Positions 23,954 through 36,780 of a stretch of 64,000 nt of DNA are shown here, in pieces. Made by a program: the position numbers and the translations under genes. Each line of letters starts with the position of its first letter. Position 1 is the first letter of the stretch. The notes beneath the pieces were generated by a model. The model was not told where the DNA came from. It did no database searches and worked only from the letters and a program-made list of their open reading frames with translations. This stretch comes from Callorhinchus milii (taxonomy: Eukaryota): the NCBI RefSeq assembly GCF_018977255.1, contig NW_024704742.1, positions 28,832,001 through 28,896,000 of the forward strand, written 5' to 3'.

Positions 23954-25689
23954 AATAGAACATTCATGTGAACATGAGGGAAGATAGAGCAAGTGAAAGC
24001 TCAGATGTAAGGTTAGTTGGAGGTTTTGCACTGGCTCTGCAAGATGGACTGAGTATCAATGCAGGTTGATACAGTCAACAGCTGAGGTTAAGAAGATAAT
24101 AATGGGAGCCAAACAGCAGAGCAGCAGAGAGACAAAAGATTACTTTAATTTTATATGATTATTGTTGTCCTTTCTTTGTCTGAAAAGTCTCATTCAGCAT
24201 AACTATTTTCTTAAAATAAAATACTGCTTCAGGAAATAAGAACATAGAAAAAAAACAGCAGTATTATAGCTTAACACTTGTTTTAGTGAAACTCAGCTGT
24301 AGCTCAATTGTTTCTTTTTGGCTACAGCGGATTCTACAGCAAGCACATAGAATGAATCTGATGTTGACAATAGCTTTGGATCATTTACCATTACTTTATT
24401 AGACTCTTTATGGTAAGTGACCAAGTTGCGGAGCTGCAAAGAGTAGTCAACTTATCACAGAGCTGTGGCAAATCTTCCAGGATTTCCAATGGTGAGTCAT
24501 TACACTGAGAAAGGCATCTTCAACGTCTGGAAGGTCCTTTTGATTAAAGCAGTAGAAAGATGCATCTATTTATATCTCACCTCATTAAGTGTGAGGGTAG
24601 AGCCGTCAGCCATGTTAATGACTATTATAAAGATTTAGACTTTGAAGAAGACACAGATCCATCTTGAAACTCTTAGAATGGACATATGGGGCTGTCAAGG
24701 TGCACAGTGCAGTATAGTAGTGGATATCACACGCTCAATAGACAGAACAATTTATTCTAGCAAAATGTGATTCCATTCAGTGATAGAACACATATTTCAG
24801 GACTGGTGAATTTTATTGCACTTAAGAGCCTGGAAAAATCATCAATATTATGAAACTCATGCAATTTCCTCTTGCTGTTTCATGGATCACAGGAGATAAG
24901 TTGCAAATACTGTTTGAGTAAAAGAGACTGAGTGTGACAGAGTGGGAAAAGTGACAGAGCAGCAGAATAGTGCTGTGTGCTCATGGTCTAAAGCTCAGAG
25001 CCACAGGGTGGGTCCAGATACCAGACTCAATTCCAGCTCTGCTCATTTTTTCAATCTGCCCAGTGCCTTGGGACACCCTCCAGACATGAAAGGCGCTATA
25101 CAAATGCAATTTTTGTTTGTTGTTTGTTGGAGCTGTAACAAGTGGAAGGCTCTGGGGTCTGTCCTCCCGCAGGGAAGTGATAGTCAGTGGAAAAAGTTGC
25201 ATTTCGAGAGCCTTTCAGAAACCTCTAGAGAGGAGATTGGTGGCAAGCTGGGAGTAGGTAAAGCCTCTGCTCTATTGATTGCAGGAGAAAAGGTATAAAA
25301 TATAATAATAATAATCCTTGTATTTGATATAGGCCTTATCATGTCTTCGAGACGTCTCAAAGCACTTCACACAATGTATTGTTAAATGAATTAACTATAT
25401 TTTGTGGGAGAAAAACGGCAGCCGGTTAAATATAATATATAAGGGAAAATACCTGAAGCCTCCCATCAATATTTTATTACTAAAATACACAGTCAGTCCA
25501 CTTTACAGTATATCCTGTGAAGAGCTTTGAGACGTCTCAATGATGTGGTGAGGCGCCATATTAAATGCAAGGATATTATTATTATCAAGTTAAGTTGAAA
25601 AGAATGGCTTATGGACTGCTGTCTACTGTACCAGTGGGAAGCGTCTAAAAATAAGCTGTAATATAGATATAGAACTCCAGTTACAGTAT

Positions 25690-25950
25690 TGATCCTCCGC
25701 TCCACCCTCGGCGGACGTGCCTTCAGCCACTATGCTCCGAGGCTCTGGAATTCCCTTCCTCACTCCCTTCGCCTCGCCCCCTCTCTTCCTACCTTCAGGT
25801 CCCTACTGAAAACCTTTCTTTTCAACCACGCCTCTGGTCACCTTCCTCCCCCTCCCCCTGCCTCTTCCCCGGGATTCGTTATTGTGAAGCACTCTGAGAT
25901 GCCGTCCGGCGTGGAGGGGGCTATATAAATCCAAGTTGTTGTTGTTGTTG
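25690..25950 (+). mobile_element. L2 LINE 3' end
   Basis: [21 protein letters not shown]...FRSLLKTFLF, then a 3' stem-loop and (TTG)n. Confidence 0.9.
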
Positions 25951-25999
25951 ATAAAGTAATACAAACTACTCACCTCTTCTGCTTACAAGCAAAAATTCA

Positions 26000-26240
26000 A
26001 CAACAATTTTCCCTAATGTAGCACCTTTCATGCAGGAGGATGTGAGAGCCAAAGCACGGTGGGAGATGGTGGATAGGTGGGAGCTGGCTGAAGGCAAATG
26101 AGAAAGGTTTTGATGGTGGAGGACATGAGGCAGGCCTGTGTTGGCAGAGCAGAGAGAGTGGGCTGAGAGACATACCGCAGGAGATTACAGAGATGAGGAG
26201 GGCAAGCCATTAGAGGTATTTTATTTGAAGGCAAGAATCT
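26000..26240 (-). mobile_element. Old L2 LINE 3' fragment
   Basis: caacaac...gcacctttcatgcaggagga...gggcaagccattagagg...ttgaaggcaaga. Confidence 0.55.
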
Positions 26241-26689
26241 ATGAATCTAAAGCATCTAACTATAAAATGTATCTGCAATTACATAAGATGCTCAATGAAC
26301 TACAAAACCGCCCACTCAGATATCCTTAAGCATTCTGAAAAGCATTTCACTTCAACAGCTATTGTAGTCTTACTATTTAAGCACCAACGGAATCTGGCTT
26401 TAATTGCTCTAGGGAATTGTTCTGTTCTTTGGAGGTGAAAATTGCTCATGAATCTTAGTTAGCTCCATTACTATCTCTCCCTTCTTCCCCTCCCCCCATC
26501 TCCACCCCATCCAAGATGTTCATGAGGGAAATCAGAACTGAAGCAAAGCACAATTTCAGAGAAATAGAAGTTTCAAATCACTGTTACCAAGTTGAACGAA
26601 AAGTCACAATAAACTTTTTACATTAATTCAAAGATCATCTGCTCCATTGACTACATCAAGTCTTATCTCTATTGCTCAACATTGATTAT

Positions 26690-26935
26690 AAAATAAACCA
26701 ATGATGCTGGTTCTCTGAAGAACAAACAGAAGTGCTGGAAATCCACAGCAGCTCAATCAAAGAGGAGAGGAGATTAATGTTTCATGCCCAGTTGTTCCTC
26801 AGACCTTAAACCAAGGGTTGTAAATGTTCTGATGAAGGTCCATGTCCAAAACATTAATTTCTCCTTTGATTACCAGTGTTGAATGACCTGCAGTGGGTTT
26901 CTATTTGTGCTCAAGGTTCATCAAGCTGTTTTTCT
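26690..26935. mobile_element. Inverted-repeat Penelope-like relic with degenerate hammerhead cores
   Basis: Left arm gatgctgg...aaacagaagtgctggaaatccacagcag...ttaatgtttc; right arm ttctgatgaaggtccatgtccaaaacattaa...tgacctgcagtgggtttcta. Resembles the abundant shark inverted repeat as I recall it. Confidence 0.65.
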
Positions 26936-27537
26936 GTGATTTTGTACATTCCAGGAAAAGATGATTAATTTGTGTCATGTTTAAAATTCCATTTAGTCAT
27001 AGGTGATAACAGAATTTTGTCTTGAAATTTAAGAACATGCAGAATTGTGGAAAACTATTAAATACAATCATAGTTTGTTTTCCGTAATTCTTACAAAAAA
27101 TTGCAAAATGTTTAGTGTCAGTGTAGTGTAACCTTGTGCAAACGGCAGGATTAATTGAAGTCTTTGATATTGGAGAAGATCACAAGTAGTTGTTAATTTA
27201 TACAGATGGACTTTGGGTTCCTAACGCAATAAATGCCCAATTTCTTCAGAAATTGCATTGACCCAGGAGTGCTATGTTCTAGTGGATTCCTCTGTGAAAG
27301 ATCATAGATACTATTGGACTGTGAAGTCTGTATGTATTTCGATTGATGTAGCTTTCTTATTACTGTGCAGAAATTGCAGAGCAATGAGTTAAACTGTCTG
27401 CTGAGAGCACAACAGTGAATGACACAGCATTTGCACTAAGACTGCATCTTGTTAGTATGCTTGTAATGTGGAATGTTGCAGACTAAAGCATGAATATTTA
27501 TTTACGACTGTAAATGACAATGAATTATTTTATATGA

Positions 27538-27830
27538 TAACCTTATCAAACCATTTATAATTCTAAACATCTCTATTAGGTACCCTCTTTAATGTTTCTT
27601 CTCAAGCGGAAAAAGGCCCCACCTATTCAGTCTATTCCAATAGCAGTAACCTGCCTGCCCTGGTATCATTTTAGTAAAGAAGGAGGCTAGATATACACAA
27701 AAGAGAGGAGTAGAATGTAATGGGGGGGGAAGAAGGAGTTGGCGGAGACTGATGTGGAATATAAACACCAGATTAGACTAGATTAGGCCAAATGATCTAT
27801 TTCTGTGCTTCACAATATTTGTACATCTAT
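27538..27830. mobile_element. CR1-type LINE with inverted 5' part
   Basis: Minus 27538-27678 encodes FTKMIPG...RLNRWGLFPLEK...YLIEMFRIING. Plus 27677-27830 is the CR1 3' UTR (gtggaatataaacacc...gactagattaggccaaatg...tttctgtgct). Confidence 0.65.
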
Positions 27831-28332
27831 GTTTTTTACCATTAGCTAAGACTCTGAATATATGATTGTGAATATCTACAGTGAGATTCCCTGCTTTTAG
27901 CAATGATTGATTTTCTTGGTGGCCTTTTAGAGCTGATAATCCACTTTTGATCATTCTGTTATGTTCAGAATTTCACTTTGTGGGTTATTTATTCCATCTG
28001 GCTGATTATGAACAATGGAGAGCGAGCAAGAGAGTGGGATTAGACAAGGTGTCTCCATGAAGAAAATCACCAGCTCAGATTTGGTGGGCCGAATTCCAAC
28101 AATCGTACAGCGTTAATATGACAGACATCAAAAAGAGCAATCTTCCATGGACACTGGTTAATGCTTTAACACAGTCATGTGGCACTGATTGGCTTTGCTG
28201 CCTAGAAAGGATTCTTGTTTCCCCTGTATTTGGTAACAAATATGTAAACTTCTATGACTTCAAAGTGTCTGTCACCATATCTCTCCTGCTTAATGTGTTG
28301 ACCACCATCAATGTAATAAATCATTATTGTGC

Positions 28333-28647
28333 AGTCCTGTAGCTCAGTGGTTAGAGCACTCACTTTGCAAGTGAGAGACCTGAGTTCAATTCCAGGCAGG
28401 GCGAAATCTTGGGCAAGTTTCCTTACTCCACACGCCTAATAATAATCCCTCCAAAACAAAAATCAATAATAAATTGGTCATTTTCAATTTACGACTGTTT
28501 GTGGGACATTGCTGTGCGCAATTGGCTGCTGCGTTCGCCCACAAATATACAGTCAATTCACTTTACAGTGTGTTCTGTGAAGCGCTTTGGGACATCCTCC
28601 CGACGTGAAAAGCGCTATATCAAATGCAAGGATTATTATTATTATTA
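28333..28647 (+). mobile_element. Full-length tRNA(Ala)-headed SINE with L2-like tail
   Basis: A box tagctcagtgg; anticodon arm ctcac-tttgcaa-gtgag; B box gttcaattcc; tail gggacatcctcccgacgtgaaaagcgctatatcaaatgcaagga(tta)n. Confidence 0.92.
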
Positions 28648-29261
28648 AATCAAATCACCGAGAAAGGTCAAGTGGCTCATTTGGATGGGAAGCACGCCTA
28701 ATTTGTATGATGTCAAGTAACTATTAATTTGATGCTTTAAATGTTTACCAACTGCATAAATACATCCAGTGGAGCTGTAACTGGGAGCAGTTGGCAGTAT
28801 GCAGAACTAACAGCAATATCTGTCTGAAGTGCTCTTGTATCCAATTGTCCAAAGATAGCTCCACTGATCTCACTCTTTCCATTCTTAAACTAAGCTTGAC
28901 ACAAATCTAAGTAATTATTAGTCATGTAACTTAGATTTTAGTGAAATAATTGTGAACATGTTTTAATTACAGTTCAGTTGAAAAGAAAGCATCAGAACTG
29001 TGTGTGCAATAATTCTGGAATATTAGGTATACATTAATTATGGAAGATTTGATTAATTAACACAATGGCATAAGCTTTCAAACTATTGGACTGCAGCACT
29101 GCAGAGGTGCACTGCATTTTAATTAACACATCCTACACCAACAGTTCTTAGATTTAATTGAGTCTTCACTATTAGATATTGCACTGAATAATATTATAGA
29201 TTTACATCTAATTCTGTCTTGTTTGGGTCTGTATTTATCTTCTCTGAAATTTCTTTATGGT

Positions 29262-29636
29262 GTCCTGTAGTATAGTGGTTAGCGTGCTTGCCTCGCAAGG
29301 AAGAAGACCTGGGTTTGATTCCCGGGTGGGACAAAACCATAGGCAGATTTCCTTACTACACACAGTTCTGTTTTCCTAGCAGTAAGTATGAACCCGGCAG
29401 ATCACTTTCCAGGGGAATGGTCCCTTCAAAAAACAAATAAATAATAATAATTTGATTACTCAATCCACGACTGTTTGTGGGACATTGCTGTGCGCAATTG
29501 GCTGCCGTGTTTTGCCCACAAGAAAAAATGCACTGTCAATTCACTTTGCAATATAATCTGTGAGGTGCTTTGAGGTGTCACAATGACATGAGGGGTACTG
29601 TATCAAATCCAAGGATTATAATTATATTATTATTAT
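29262..29636 (+). mobile_element. Full-length tRNA-headed SINE (variant B)
   Basis: Head gtcctgtagtatagtggttagc...gggtttgattccc; body tctgttttcctagcagtaagt; shared 3' half and tail. Confidence 0.88.
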
Positions 29637-29639
29637 CAA

Positions 29640-29795
29640 TTTTTTTTTGTCAGTCTTTTGTCTAGCACTTGCGGAAACCCATCTCCACGCTTGATAATGT
29701 CTAAACCAGTCAGAGTTCCATGCATATGTGCCACCCAATATGGAAATTTCCCTGTCTGGAATGGAACATACGCTACCTCCTTGTAGGGGAGCACC
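29640..29795 (-). mobile_element. Family Y repeat, 3' fragment
   Basis: T-run, gtcag...gcggaaacccatc...gccacccaatatggaaatttccc. Confidence 0.65.
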
Positions 29796-30176
29796 CCACT
29801 TAATTAATTGTTAATAATAGTAATAATAATGATCTTTGCATATGATATAGCACTTTTTATGCCTTCTAGACGTCCCGAAGCGCTTCACAGAATATACTGT
29901 AAATAGGTGAATATTAGGCATAGTTAAAGTAGAGGTTCCATTAGCTGTGTTACTGGTCTCTGTAATTTCACTGCTGCTGGATTGGTATTTGAAAGGTTTT
30001 ACCATCATGCCCAGTGCGGAATGTGGTTGTCTGGATTTATTCTGGGCTTTCATGTCAGGAGGATGCTCCAAAGGGCCTTATAGGATATATTCACAGTGAC
30101 TGTGTGATTTGTGGGCAAACATTTTGATTGAAAGTTTACAATTTTTCATCATCCAGACGGTGCTAACAATGGCTAC

Positions 30177-30453
30177 CAATGGCAACCTATGCGATTTAGA
30201 TGGTTAGACTCCAGCAGTACCCCAATGCATATTCTGGGGTCCCCAAGCCTTGACTCTTGCCAGCGTGCACCAAATATTTTCCAGAATTAGGTAAGCAGGA
30301 TGTATTCCTCCAAGGAGAGAGTGCGCATTCCATTCCAACAATTTATCCCTGGGGTTTCCATGTGTAGGTGGGATGCATAGAATTCTCAACTTGGTTTGGA
30401 TATTTTTAAGCACGGTTTCTGCATGTGTCAGACATCCAGCTGACCAAAAAAAA
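30177..30453 (+). mobile_element. Family Y repeat with poly(A) end
   Basis: ...tttccatgtgtaggtgggatg...gtgtcagacatccagctgacc followed by an A-run. Confidence 0.8.
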
Positions 30454-30759
30454 ACATCACCACCCATTTATTCTTGTGCAAAATATCAGGTGTGAAAATA
30501 ATTAAACTAAATAATTAAACTAAACAAAACTTTTTTTTTACAGTATTTTTCACCCCCTATCATGATTTTGCACTCACCTATTTGCCAGGTTGTGCATTAG
30601 TGTTTGCATTCATTATTCCCTTTAATGAAACATGAAAGAAATCATAAACCTGGATACAAATAAATAAGATATTTCCACCCACTGTGGAACCCATAAGTGC
30701 TCCGGGACACTACCCCGTGTGAAGCACGCTATATAAATGCATGTTGTTGTTGTTATTTA

Positions 30760-30990
30760 AATCAGATTCTTGTTTTTATTTCCTCACTAATTTTTGTTGT
30801 CCCAATTTCTCCCTTTCTCTTTTCCTGAAGATGTTTGAGTCCTTGTTCCTTCTACTGGTGGAAAGATCACAGCAGCTGGACATCCTCCAATGCCTCACCC
30901 AAGTGGTCATGATTCATCTGTGAGAAGTTAGCAGTGAGTCTTGGCAGGCTATTCAGCTGTGAGGTTTGCAATCTGAGTCCTAGACAATCG
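30760..30990 (-). mobile_element. Ancient SINE-like family X, 3' part
   Basis: cctcacccaagtggtcatgattcat...agtgagtcttggcaggctattc. Confidence 0.55.
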
Positions 30991-31907
30991 AGTTCAGCCT
31001 CATAAAATGTTGTTATGTTATTTCCTCTCATTATTTATCGTTCTTTTTTTCAGTGGCAAATATTAAATTGAGGCAGGATATCTAGGACACTGCCCAATCC
31101 CTTTAAGGGTACTTTCCTGTGCAAGGGCACTTTCTCTATCTCTTAATACAGCGTTGAAACAAGCCTTTATATCTTCAATATTTAGTGAGGAATTTCAAGT
31201 TGAATTTTTTTTATTGAGCAGTTAATTTCTATTTCAAGATGTATTGTTGGAAATCAAAATGCAACAATAGATTTTCAATCAGTAAGTTTATTTTAGCACT
31301 TTTGTAAAAAGATAAATCCAACTCAGGGTGAGAAATCCTCTAGGCATAAAGTGGAGTGACTTTGACAATGTGTATTTAAGATGGAAAAATGCCTTTGTAA
31401 GTGAACATTGTCAACTCCACGTAAATAGAAATTTCCCTGTCTTAAATCTGGTTGAAATAGGCCCTATCGTCTACAAACACATTTTCTTTTATTAATCTAT
31501 ATGATTCATCTGCAGATCTACCAAATTCTCTTTCAAGTTGCAACGTCTGGTGGTATAGCTAACAAATTCTCTATGTAGCTTGCCACTTGCACTGCTAAAT
31601 TTTATTCAAGGTTATCTTCCTTCATATTAATATTCTTACTTTGTATTCCCTTCCAAACTATTCTGTTCCTTAGCCTTTCTCCTAGCCCCCAGCTCTTCTT
31701 TCCATAATTTTGTTATTTGCAATTCAATGTTCAAGTTTTAGTTTCCTGTGATTAATTGTCAACCTCTTATTATTTTTGTTAATGTCTCTGTTTCTTGACT
31801 CTTGGATTTTCTATTCTCTCTGTATGTTTTTTGACCTTTTTTATTCATATATCGTTCCTCAGTCATCTGCTGTCTCCTCTGGAACTATCCTTCACAGTTA
31901 AATTCAC

Positions 31908-32230
31908 AGACAACAATTTACAGGTTATTTGGGCTTTTCATGTCAGGAGAATATCTCAAAGTGCTTTATATTTATACAGCTGACTGGGAGTCCAAGCTGC
32001 GGGTGGGTGGGTGGGAGGGTATTGAGGTAGGGGGAAAGGTGATTGAAAGCACAGTCAAAAACTAAGTCTTTTGGGAGGTTTTAAATGTAGGGAGGAAGTA
32101 ATGGAGTTTTAGACGGTGGGAGCAGAATGCCTGAAAGCCTTCCACTGATTCTGGGGCTAATCAGGTAGAGGATACAAACCATGTTGAGTGGAGAAAGTAG
32201 CTGGAGCCGTAGGGCTGGAGGAGGTTCCTA
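31908..32230 (-). mobile_element. Old L2 LINE 3' fragment
   Basis: acaacaattta...ttttcatgtcaggag...gcacagtcaaaa...ctgaaagccttcc. Confidence 0.6.
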
Positions 32231-32319
32231 ATTCATCAAATCTCTTTGACTGTAACTTAACTCTAATTTTCAGAATTCTTGGTGTCTATTCTCTCTGTTT
32301 TGAAGGTTTAGGCTCACTT

Positions 32320-32945
32320 GCTGCCTGCCAAGACCCTCATACACATATTCATAACATCGAGGCTCGACTACCAAACTCCCTGCTTGTCGGCCTCCCCAAC
32401 TCCTCCCTCCATAGGCTGCAGATCATCCAGATCTCTGCAGCTCATGTCCTCTCCAGCATCAGGCTCCACCACCCTACCACAGCCCCCATCCTCGCCTGAT
32501 TCCACTGGCCTCCCATCACACAGAGGATACAGTTCAAGACCCTGGTCCTCATGGTTAAAGCCCTCTGTGGCATTGCTTCCCCATAACTCTGCAACCTCTT
32601 AACCCCCTACCAACTTGCCTGCTCCGTCCGCTCAGTGGGCTTCGGCCTGCTTCACGTCCCCTGCCTCGCCCGCCCCATCATTGGCAGGCAAGCCTTCAGC
32701 AACTCTGCCCCCACCCTCTGTAACTCCATCCTGCAGTCCCAATGCCTGGCCCCCTCCCTTGTCTCCTTCAAGATCTGTCTCAAGACCCTCCTCTTTGACC
32801 ATGCCTTCAATCACCCTCCTCCCCTGCCCTCCACCCTCCCCGATCCCGACCCCCAGCTCGGGTCCGAAACAATGATTGTCCATCGCCTTGGGATGTCCTC
32901 TTGATGTGAAATGTGCTATACAAATGTCATTTTGTTGTTGTTGTT
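32320..32945 (+). mobile_element. 5'-truncated L2 LINE
   Basis: KTLIHIFITSRLDY..SLLVGLPNSSLHRLQIIQ...IIGRQAFSNSAPTLCNS...FKICLKTLLF; (TTG)n tail. Confidence 0.92.
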
Positions 32946-35011
32946 CTTGGGCTACTATTCCCAAGAAAATATTGGATGGATAAAAATGAAACAAAGTTAT
33001 CTTTTGGATTATTGATTTAGCAATATCTGCTGATACTTGAACAGTGAAAGAAAATTGTCATAGGCAGATTTGCTACCAGTAGCACAACTGCTATTAATTA
33101 TCACAACAATGAGCAATATCAGTATGAAGGTTTTAGCTAATCTCATCGTGCAGTAACTTGGCTCTTTGTTACCAATGGAAGTCTTACTTAGCAATTCACA
33201 GTCCACGTACCTGGCTGTAAGTCAAGGGGGTGCAAATTAAAAAAAACTCAAATTAGCCATAGACACCCTTCAATTCAACCCTGGAGGTTGGCATGTTGCA
33301 AGTTTGCTTAGTAATGTCAATGTGCATAGATATTTGTAGTCAAAAGTACTCCTCACTTGTGCTAATTGTTAGATTGAAATGACCTTGAGACTCAAGAGCA
33401 GTGAATCTGCAGTGCTGACAAGAGACCCGATTTTAATCAAGGCACAACAGCTAGAGGCTGCAAGAATTGCAAGAATTATTTCTTAAGAAAGAGATGCAGA
33501 TTAGCGGGCTGAATCTTCAGAGTAGCCTAACGTGCGATCTCTGTCTCAGGATTCTGATCTGAACTGATGCAAAGGCACATGATCAGCAAAACAATTTTAA
33601 GAAAATCAGTGGCTTGTGTTATGACATTTCTGGTCAAAATGAGAAGAGGGCATATATTTCCTTGTGTGAAAAGTTATTAGCATCCGCGTGGTTCCCTCAG
33701 CTGCCTTCAACCTAATTTTCTCTTCCCCCCATCCATTCACTCTTCTCTTTTTGCCTTACTTCCACCCTGCAGGTCGACCTCATCTCCTGCGTGAAACCAC
33801 AGTTTGTAGGCTTGAAGGGTGAATAGTAGCTAAGTGAGATGAATCTTTGCCCCCACTGACTGGTCTGCTCCTCCAAGTCCTACCAACAAGCTAGGGTAGC
33901 TGTGCTATGGAGGAAAGTGGACCTGCCTGGCTCAGGAACTGAACTACCACAGAACGTTGACTGAATTACGACAAGCACATAAACTTGGGAGTCAGTTCAG
34001 CCCTGAGGAGACACTCTTATCTCCTCATTTTGTATTACTGAAGTACACTCTGTCCTTCCTGTTCCATTTAATACGTACAAATTTGTTGGCATGTTATTAT
34101 TCTCTCTGAGTATTTCTTTTCCCCAGTTGTAAGTATTGAGAGAGAGCAAAATATGACAGGATCCTACAACCAAAGCACATAACTTGAACTGAAATGTTTT
34201 TGCATCACACAATGGGATAAATGCAATAGATTCTTCACTGTTAATGAATTGGCGTGAAAAATAGATTACGAAACACCCATAATATTTGCCTAATATTACA
34301 AGGCAATATATATATTATATTATACATATTTATTTGCTGAGGCAGGCAAAGCAAATGGAACAGAAAAACATTAAGTTTAAAAAAATATAGCTGGACATTG
34401 CTTTTTTTTATTGCAATTATCCTATCAGCAATACTTGCAAAACATATTAAACTATTCGCTGATTCACTGCTTTTGTGAATTAGATCAAATTGGGTGAGTA
34501 TATTATCTAAAATCTGTAAGCACTGTTCATGCACCATTCAATGGTTACAGCCATACAGTTGATAACTACAGTTAATATTTTCTCCAGTTGATTTAATGCA
34601 GGTATTTAGCGAAGGATAAGCATTGAATGTAACGGAACAGAATTTACATGGTTTCATACAAACAATGGAGGATTAGTGTATGGGATGCTCTATTGCTGGC
34701 AGGGAGGAGGAAGAGTGTAGGAGAATTTTGTGGTGTTTGCAAACAAGTGCACCAGTTTCTATAGCACTGCAGTAAACATGGATGAACCATCATAACCCAG
34801 CTCTCTGGACATCCTTCATCCAACATGAAAAGTGCTACACAAATGTAATTTGTTGTTGTTGAGGCTCTGTGGAACAGTCAAAGAGCAGATGTACATCCAG
34901 TACTACAATGCTGTGGATTTTACACCAGACCCTATACAGCATGGTGACATTCACAACAATAATTTGTATAGCGCCATTGAAGCAGTGTGAAGCACTTTAC
35001 AGAGATCGTGC

Positions 35012-36214
35012 CAACAACAACAACAAAATGACATTTATATAGTGCTTTTCATGTCAGGAGGAAGTCCCAAGCCATTGGACAGACAGAGTTACGGACCGAA
35101 GCTGAAGGTCGGGTTGGGGGAGGCGGGACGGCAGGAGGGGAAGCAAGGAGATTGAAATCACAGTCTTGAGGAGGGTATTGAGGTGGGTCTTGAAGGTGGC
35201 AAGGGAGGGGGTGCAACAGAGGGACTGTGGGATGGAGTTCCAGAGGGTGGGTGCAGAGTGGTGGAAGGCCCGCCCACCGATAATGGGGCGAGCAAGGCGG
35301 GTACATGAAGCAGGCCGGAGCCCGCTGAGCGGAGAGAGAGAACAGGAGGGTAGAAGGTTAGGACTTCGCAGAGGTTGGGGAGAGCAAGACCATGGAGGGC
35401 TTTGAAGGTGAGGACCAGGATTTTGAACTGTATCCTCTGTGTGATGGGAAGCCAGTGGAGTTGGGCGAGAATGGGGGTGATAGGATCGCCGAGCCTAGTG
35501 CAGGAGAGGACACGGGTTGCAGAGTTCTGGATGATCTGCAGTCTGTGGAGAGAGGAGTTGGGAACCCTGACAACAGTGAGTTTGCATAGTCGAGCCTCGA
35601 TGTAATGAAGGCGTGTATGAGGGTTTCGACGGCCTGCTGTGTGAGACAGTGGTGGAGCCAGGGGATGTTGTGGAGGTGGGGGAAGGCAGAGCGGGTCATG
35701 GCACAGTCATGGGGTAGAAAGGATAGTTGAGGGTCAAACAAGACCCGAAGGGTCCGGACTGGCTTAGCAAGGTGGAGTGCAACCATGGATGGTGATGCTG
35801 TCAGCGCCTGAGGTGAGGAGGGGCTGACAGGAGCCAATCAGGAGAGCCTCGGTCTTGTTGACGTTCAACTGAAGAAAGTTAGCTCTCATCCAGGACAGAC
35901 ATTATGTCAGTGGAGCAGCGGTCCTGGAGTCAAGGATGGAGGCAGAGAGGTAGAGTTGGGGTCATCTGCATACATGTGGAAGTTGACCCCATGTCTGCGG
36001 ATGATGTCACCAAGAGAGAGCACATAGATATTAAAGAGGAGGGGGACCAAGGACAGAGCCCTGAGGAATGCCAGACGAGACGGCCCGGGGGCTAGAGAAG
36101 AAGCCGTTTGTAGAGATGAGTTGCAGGCAGTGTGAGAGGTACGATCTGACCAATCAAGGACAGCGCCATGGAGGTTGAGGAGAGAGGAGAGGCGGTGGAT
36201 GAGGATAGAGTGGC
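35012..36214 (-). mobile_element. 5'-truncated L2 LINE
   Basis: HSILIHRLSSLLNLHG, PLLFNIYVLSLGDIIRRHGVNFHMYADD, VETLIHAFITSRLDYANSLL; (TTG)n tail; closely similar to 18075-19372. Confidence 0.95.
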
Positions 36215-36216
36215 CA

Positions 36217-36780
36217 GGCACCCAACTGAGAGGATGGGGAAGGAACTAGGTGCGCATGGTTAGAAAGGTAGATTTTCAGAAGGGAAGCGTCTCCAGGGAG
36301 GGAGCTCTCTGGCTGAGTACCCTGGGGGTTAAGTCTGCTTCAAAGTGGCATATCTATTTGCCAAAGCCTTTCATCTGAATTAAACTGTTGTTGCGGGTGG
36401 ATGGGAGAGAAGGAGGGAGCACATTGCTCTTGGACTGAGCTGGCTCCCCAGTTGAAATGCTTGGCAATGGAATGTCAGAATCGAGTCAACCTTCGATGGT
36501 GGTCTCAATGGTCCAGATTGTGAGCCAGGCAGCTCTGTAAGTATTCCAGGGCACTGCTGTTGGCAGACCAGCCAGCCTAGCTCATCAACAGGAATTGACA
36601 GGGCAGATCGTGGCACTTGAGGCAGGAATTCTTACCACTCAGCTCTTACCATCCTGCAAGCCCAAATCCCGAATAGATAGAGTGGTTGTAGCTAGAGAAG
36701 CACTGGGAAGCTTGCCAGACAGTGCACTCAATGGCAAACTATGCCTTTTTAGTTAGTTGAACTCCAGGCATTCCAGTACT
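36217..36780 (+). mobile_element. Family Y repeat, 5'-extended portion
   Basis: gtcagaatcgagtcaacc...ctcatcaacagga...gggaagcttgccagacagtgcactcaatggcaa is shared with the copies at 20150 and 21594. The 5' boundary (about 36217-36390) is uncertain. Confidence 0.65.

Noticed and set aside
24328..24412. Coding exon (acceptor ttggctacag, donor ATG/GTAAGT)
   Set aside because: Stops in all three frames from this acceptor and no recognisable peptide. It could only be a non-coding exon.
28333..28405. tRNA-Ala(TGC) gene
   Set aside because: The cloverleaf-like head runs directly into a SINE body and tail, pairing is imperfect, and a sister copy exists at 3515-3828.
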